Assembly: GCA_903946925.1 (NCBI GenBank)
Contig: CAJAXK010000103.1
Coordinates: forward strand, 2,388-66,387
Direction of reading: 5' to 3'
Origin: an uncultured Bacteroidales bacterium
Lineage (GTDB): Bacteria > Bacteroidota > Bacteroidia > Bacteroidales > UBA4417
Length of the DNA: 64,000 nt
Positions 60,001-64,000 of this stretch are shown piece after piece. The notes under the pieces were generated by a model. That model saw nothing but the letters and a program-made list of their open reading frames with translations. It was not told where the DNA came from and made no database searches. The position numbers were made by a program, and so were the translations under genes. Each line of letters starts with the position of its first letter. The first letter of the stretch is position 1.

Positions 60001-63000
60001 CTCATTCCATAAATGTAAATTATACCGATAATAACGGATGTAAAGCTGCCGTAGCAAGCACCTACAACGTAACCGTCAACTCCTTGCCAATCCCTGCTTT
60101 GGGAGGAATAAATCCTGTATGTTTCAATTCATCCGGTAATATTTATACTACCGATGCAACAATGACAAACTACTTATGGAGCGTCAATGGAGGCACAATA
60201 ACAGATGGGGGCAACACGAGCAGCAACACCGCAACTGTGAAATGGGATGGATCTGGTCCACATTCAATTCAGGTAAATTACACCAACAGCGATGGCTGCA
60301 CAGCCCCTTTGCCCAGCATCTATAATGTAACCGTTAATCCTTTGCCTGTTCCCGCTTTGAGTGGGAATTCACCGGTTTGTTTCAATTCGTCAGGAAATGT
60401 TTACTCCACCGATGTAAATATGTCCAATTATTTATGGAGTATTTCGGGTGGTACGATTACATCCGATGGCACTTTAACCTCAAACACGGCAACAGTTACC
60501 TGGGACGGAACCGGCCCTTATTCGATACATGTAAACTATACCAATGGCGATGGTTGTACGGCAGCCTTGCCAAGTACCTTCCCGGTAACGGTAAACCCAT
60601 TGCCAATACCAGCTTTGGGAGGCACAACCCCTGCTTGTTTTAACTCCACCAATAACGTTTATACTACCAATGCTTCCATGACCAATTATATCTGGGGAAT
60701 TACAGGTGGGACGATAACTGATGGAGGCACATCCACAAGCAATACAGCAACCGTGAAATGGGATGGAACTGCGCCTCATGCCATTACGGTAAATTATACC
60801 AACGAGAATGGTTGTGTCGCTGCGCAGCCGAGCAATTTCAACGTAACAGTAAACCCATTGCCGATTCCGGCTTTAAGCGGACCAACACCTGCTTGCTTTA
60901 ACTCATCAGGAAATATTTATACCACAGATGCCTCAAAGACCAATTATATTTGGAATATTTCGGGAGGAACGATCACAGGAGGTGGTACTTCAACCAGCAA
61001 CACGGCAACAGTAAAATGGGATGGAACAGGTCCACATTCCATAAACGTAAATTATACCGATGCCAACCAATGTGTTGCGGCAGCCCCGAGTTCTTTTAAC
61101 GTAACGGTTAATCCTTTACCAATTCCGGCTTTGAGTGGGACAACACCTGCTTGTTTTAATTCTTCAGGCAATGTTTATACCACCGATGAGCTTATGTCGA
61201 ATTACGTTTGGGGAATTAGCGGAGGTACAATTATCGCAGGGGGAACCCTAACTTCCAACACAACAACTGTAAAATGGGATGGATCGGGTGTGCATTCCAT
61301 AAATGTAAAATATACCGATGGCAATGGCTGTACGGCAGCTTCGGCAAGTGTTTTCAATGTTACGGTTAACCCTTTGCCTATACCTGCGCTGGGTGGGCCA
61401 AGTCCGGTTTGTTTTAATTCGGATGGGAATATTTATACCACCGATGCCGGTATGACAAATTATATCTGGAGCATTTCGGGAGGTACAATTACAACAGGAG
61501 GAACCGCAACAAGTAATACAGCAACAGTGAAATGGGATGGCGTTTCAGCCCACTCGATAAGTGTGGTTTACACTGATGCCAACGGATGTGTTGCTGCCAA
61601 TCCATCGGTTTTCAATGTTGTTATCAACCCATTGCCAGTGCCAACAGTTTCAGGACCGGCAGTTGTTTGCGCCACATCCCCGGGCAATATTTATTCAACA
61701 CAAACAAATAAAACGGACTACAATTGGATTGTTACACCTGGAGGGGTTATCACTTCAGGCATAAATTCAGCATCAGCTACGGTTACCTGGAATACTCCCG
61801 GCACCCATACAATTGTTGCAGTTTATAAGGATGCTAATGGTTGCCAGGGTATTTCGGCAGCTTATACGGTAACGGTTAACCCACTTCCCCAACCCGTAAT
61901 TTCTGGTTTAACAACACCTTGCGAATCGGTGGTTGGAAATATTTACACTACAGCAGCAAATATGTCGGGTTACAATTGGGTTATTTCTTCTGGAGGGACA
62001 ATTTCATCCGGACAAGGATCCAATACCATTTCTGTAAAATGGAGCACACCTGGTCCAAAAACGCTTTCGGTAACTTATACCGATTTGAATTCGTGTGGCA
62101 CACAAACTCCTGGCAACCTGAACATTGATGTACATCCTTATCCCATTTCCAATGCAGGTGAAAATGGATATATTTGTAGCGATCAGCCTACTTACCAATT
62201 AAATGGCAGTGGTTTTTATTTTAACAGTTCTAAGGTTGATTGGGATTTTTATGGGCTTGGTTACCACAGCGATGGAAATTTAAACGATTCAACGGTTTTA
62301 AATCCAATATTTACTCCAAGCGGTTCCGATTTAACAGAAGTAAACAGGGTAGTAGCTTTTGTGCTTACCCTCGAAGGCACAGGAAGTTGTGCAGGTTTGA
62401 CAAAAAAAGACACCATGCTGTTGCGTATTGACCCAACTCCGGTTGCCAATGCAGGGCCGGATGGGGAAATATGTGGTCAGCGCAACTACCAATTAACAGC
62501 TTCGGCATTATTTGAAAACGATATTATTTGGAAGACCAATGGGGACGGCACGTTTAACGATACAAGCGTTTTAAGCCCTATTTATAAACCAGGACCTGCC
62601 GACGTTGGTAAAAACATACAACTTTCGATGAACCTTGCAGGGTGCAAGGGTCTTGTAAATGCAAGTTCCATGTTGTTGACCGTGCATCCGGATCCAAGTG
62701 CAACCATGAGTGGTGTATCGGCAATCTGCGAAGGCGAATCCACAACCATTTCAATAGCATTTACGGGTACAGCACCTTGGGATGTTACCTATACCGATGG
62801 GAGTAATCCGGTTACGGTGAACGGAATAATGGTTTCGCCTTTTCAATTTGATGTTACCCCAACCTTGGCTTCATCTTGGTGGTTGACTGCCGCTAATGAT
62901 AATTTCTGCGATTCCCCAGTTGACTCATTGCATGGGAGTGCGACAATTTCGGTCAATCCTCTACCGCGGGTTTTCAATGTTACGGGTAGCAATGGAGGAT

Positions 63001-64000
63001 TTTATTGTGCTGGCGATACCGGTGTTTTGATTGGGATTGATAATTCCGAAATTGGAATGACCTACGAACTGCTGCGCAATAATTTGCCTTTCGGGAAAAT
63101 ACTTTCGGGAAATGGTGGGTCGCAGGATTTTGGATATTTTTCGACTCCGGGGCAATATTCAGTTTTGGCCAATAACCCAATTGCAAACTGCCTTATCATG
63201 ATGAACGACACCATCACGGTGATAATGAATCCCATTCCCGTTACCGACTTTTCCACCAATCTGCCTTGCACCAGCGATACTACATATTTCACTTTATCAG
63301 GAGATTACCTTCCGCGCACCAGCACCTGGTTCTGGGATTTTGGCGATGGCACCTATGCCACCTACAGTGCGCCGTACAGCCCAATCCATGTCTATCCGAC
63401 CTACAGCACCTACACCGTAACGCTCAGCGTTGTTGACACCAACGGCTGCCATTACACGGTAACCCATCCGGTAGAAGTCCTACCACACCCCAACGCCTTT
63501 TTCAGCACCAACACACCCAATTGCCTGGATGGCACCACCCATTTCACCGACCTGAGCGGCAACCCACCGGGGCAAGGCTACCTCGAACAATGGATCTGGA
63601 CATTTGGCGATGGAACGCCCAACGACACCACCAATTTCCCCAACACCCCGAACATCAACCATACCTACACTTCGAGCGGCACCTATCCCGTTACCCTCAC
63701 CGTGAGGAACAACCGGTGGTGCTCGTCCTTTTACCAATCCACCGTTACGGTTACCAACCGCCCCATAGCCGGTTTTGATTATTTCAGCAACTGCGAAGAC
63801 CAGAACGCCCTTTTCACCGACAACTCCAACGAGAACCTGGGCGGCCAAATAACCGCCTGGGCCTGGGATTTTGGCGATCCCACCACCGGTGCCCTGAACA
63901 CCAGCACCGAGCAAGACCCGAGCCATCTGTACACCGCCACAGGCGATTTCATCGTGAAGTTGATCGTCCATAACCTGAACGGCTGCCGCGACAGCATACA
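57051..64000 (+). CDS. Giant secreted Ig-like/PKD repeat surface protein (>2300 aa), partial; 3' end lies off the window
   Basis: Not in the track because no stop occurs in the window. MRKTLLIFLPIFFAAFSLKAQ signal; PFNIGFNFCFF...SNGWVGF head domain; WSTSG.G.F...Y.PS..D repeats; 86-aa NPLP..C...Y.W.I.GG...V.W...VNY...GC repeats; PKD WDFGD repeats in the same frame at 63.3-64 kb. Confidence 0.92.
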   Translation, partial: MRKTLLIFLPIFFAAFSLKAQEIVGSNDTTICHGSPAELHASLINGSYGTSSYSFETYAYTPEAFTGGTHVAFIGDHDDKVSGPFNIGFNFCFFNQTYTQFCVGSNGWVGFTYNTNWTAYNAELLPNAVGGTPQNCIFAPWLDWWPDNPTNPTSGEQNVFYYTTGTAPNRKLVVYWKNCSMFNNSCQNDPEKYGTFQIVLNEQSSVIDNHIQYKPICQNEVATQGVQNLGGTQAFIATGRNQTVWSAQNESTRFVPSGIKWYTGGYPGGTVVGYGAVLNVSPSVTTTYTVVVETCAGGGAITKNITVTVIPLPTADAGPNIVTCMPGTGAAITSTATNYSTVAWSTSSTTGGYFNNPNTLNTIYYPSLPDIVAGSVTLTLTATGAPGCNAFATSSMTLSAAPYPIALAGIDGSVCSNSSYSLNGSASGSGLTVWTKSGDGGFLNPNSPITLYTPGPNDILNGEVDLYITSNGSGPCTGFSDADTIHLTVIHTPSVFAGDDFQHCVGTDVTLSGATADYYQSVHWSTSGTGTFVDSTLVHAVYRPSAADILGKTVDLTLHIVPTSPCVAISDHVQVTLVRPPTANAGPSSDAICASGFYTLSASDTTQSPGIVWTSSGTGTFSDGLALHPVYTPSTDDTLAGTVTLTLTASSNAPCSVAVDDLVLSINPLPVPTAFGPPSVCLNSTGKVYLSQSGMNGYSWETSSGGIITAGGTPTADTAMVTWNTVGPQFVKINYSNAYGCSAVAATQFPVMVNPLPNPNVYGNKSVCLNTSHIYFTEEGMTDYEWNLSPGGTITAGVGNDTITVLWSGDGIQMVNVNYADANGCRAENPTYSDITVQALPEPILGGPSPVCFNSIDNEYSTDGAMTDYIWNVTGGTITSGGIGTSNKATVHWDGVGPYSVSVNYTNSDGCTAALPTVYNVTVNTLPIPDLSGPNPVCFNSEGNVYTTNSAMTGYIWNISGGTISEGGTSTSNTATVKWDGTGPHSINVNYTDNNGCKAAVASTYNVTVNSLPIPALGGINPVCFNSSGNIYTTDATMTNYLWSVNGGTITDGGNTSSNTATVKWDGSGPHSIQVNYTNSDGCTAPLPSIYNVTVNPLPVPALSGNSPVCFNSSGNVYSTDVNMSNYLWSISGGTITSDGTLTSNTATVTWDGTGPYSIHVNYTNGDGCTAALPSTFPVTVNPLPIPALGGTTPACFNSTNNVYTTNASMTNYIWGITGGTITDGGTSTSNTATVKWDGTAPHAITVNYTNENGCVAAQPSNFNVTVNPLPIPALSGPTPACFNSSGNIYTTDASKTNYIWNISGGTITGGGTSTSNTATVKWDGTGPHSINVNYTDANQCVAAAPSSFNVTVNPLPIPALSGTTPACFNSSGNVYTTDELMSNYVWGISGGTIIAGGTLTSNTTTVKWDGSGVHSINVKYTDGNGCTAASASVFNVTVNPLPIPALGGPSPVCFNSDGNIYTTDAGMTNYIWSISGGTITTGGTATSNTATVKWDGVSAHSISVVYTDANGCVAANPSVFNVVINPLPVPTVSGPAVVCATSPGNIYSTQTNKTDYNWIVTPGGVITSGINSASATVTWNTPGTHTIVAVYKDANGCQGISAAYTVTVNPLPQPVISGLTTPCESVVGNIYTTAANMSGYNWVISSGGTISSGQGSNTISVKWSTPGPKTLSVTYTDLNSCGTQTPGNLNIDVHPYPISNAGENGYICSDQPTYQLNGSGFYFNSSKVDWDFYGLGYHSDGNLNDSTVLNPIFTPSGSDLTEVNRVVAFVLTLEGTGSCAGLTKKDTMLLRIDPTPVANAGPDGEICGQRNYQLTASALFENDIIWKTNGDGTFNDTSVLSPIYKPGPADVGKNIQLSMNLAGCKGLVNASSMLLTVHPDPSATMSGVSAICEGESTTISIAFTGTAPWDVTYTDGSNPVTVNGIMVSPFQFDVTPTLASSWWLTAANDNFCDSPVDSLHGSATISVNPLPRVFNVTGSNGGFYCAGDTGVLIGIDNSEIGMTYELLRNNLPFGKILSGNGGSQDFGYFSTPGQYSVLANNPIANCLIMMNDTITVIMNPIPVTDFSTNLPCTSDTTYFTLSGDYLPRTSTWFWDFGDGTYATYSAPYSPIHVYPTYSTYTVTLSVVDTNGCHYTVTHPVEVLPHPNAFFSTNTPNCLDGTTHFTDLSGNPPGQGYLEQWIWTFGDGTPNDTTNFPNTPNINHTYTSSGTYPVTLTVRNNRWCSSFYQSTVTVTNRPIAGFDYFSNCEDQNALFTDNSNENLGGQITAWAWDFGDPTTGALNTSTEQDPSHLYTATGDFIVKLIVHNLNGCRDSI
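59562..61625 (+). repeat. Eight exact-length 258-bp intragenic tandem repeats (Ig-like domains)
   Basis: Unit starts at 59562, 59820, 60078, 60336, 60594, 60852, 61110 and 61368; more diverged units flank them (about 59049-62130). Confidence 0.9.

Noticed and set aside
63480-63997. Minus-strand ORFs 63480..63971 and 63779..63997
   Set aside because: Shadow ORFs of the GC-rich PKD coding frame on the + strand.

Overview
AT-rich Bacteroidota (Bacteroidales/Marinilabiliales-like) genomic window with four parts. (1) About 1-40.4 kb is a large polysaccharide utilisation locus for a sulfated, uronic-acid-rich glycan. It holds four Cys-type sulfatases, a PL38/alginate-lyase-like enzyme, two PL6 beta-helix lyases, a deacetylase, SusC/SusD and a hybrid two-component regulator (HTCS). 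It also carries an unusual expanded family of secreted, apparently non-catalytic proteins: five share an N-terminal module, and three of those add FN3 repeats and a basic central module but end in different C-terminal anchors. One ungapped 107-bp promoter module recurs upstream of four transcription units and ties these proteins to the PUL. (2) 40.6-44.6 kb is a Gfo/Idh/MocA + DUF1080 + TIM-barrel trio typical of redox glycoside cleavage. (3) 44.9-54.1 kb is a LacI-controlled hexuronate operon (exuT, uxaC, gnd, LarA-family epimerase, PfkB kinase, uxuB-like SDR) that lacks uxuA and looks like a mannonate-to-gluconate bypass. (4) Beyond that come a membrane protein, pfk and a giant (>2300 aa) Ig/PKD-repeat surface protein that runs off the window and shows an abrupt in-frame GC shift. 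Several gene junctions carry 7-9-mer tandem arrays or REP-like palindromes. I saw no rRNA, tRNA, CRISPR array, reverse transcriptase or intact transposase. All family assignments come from motif recognition by eye, not from database searches.
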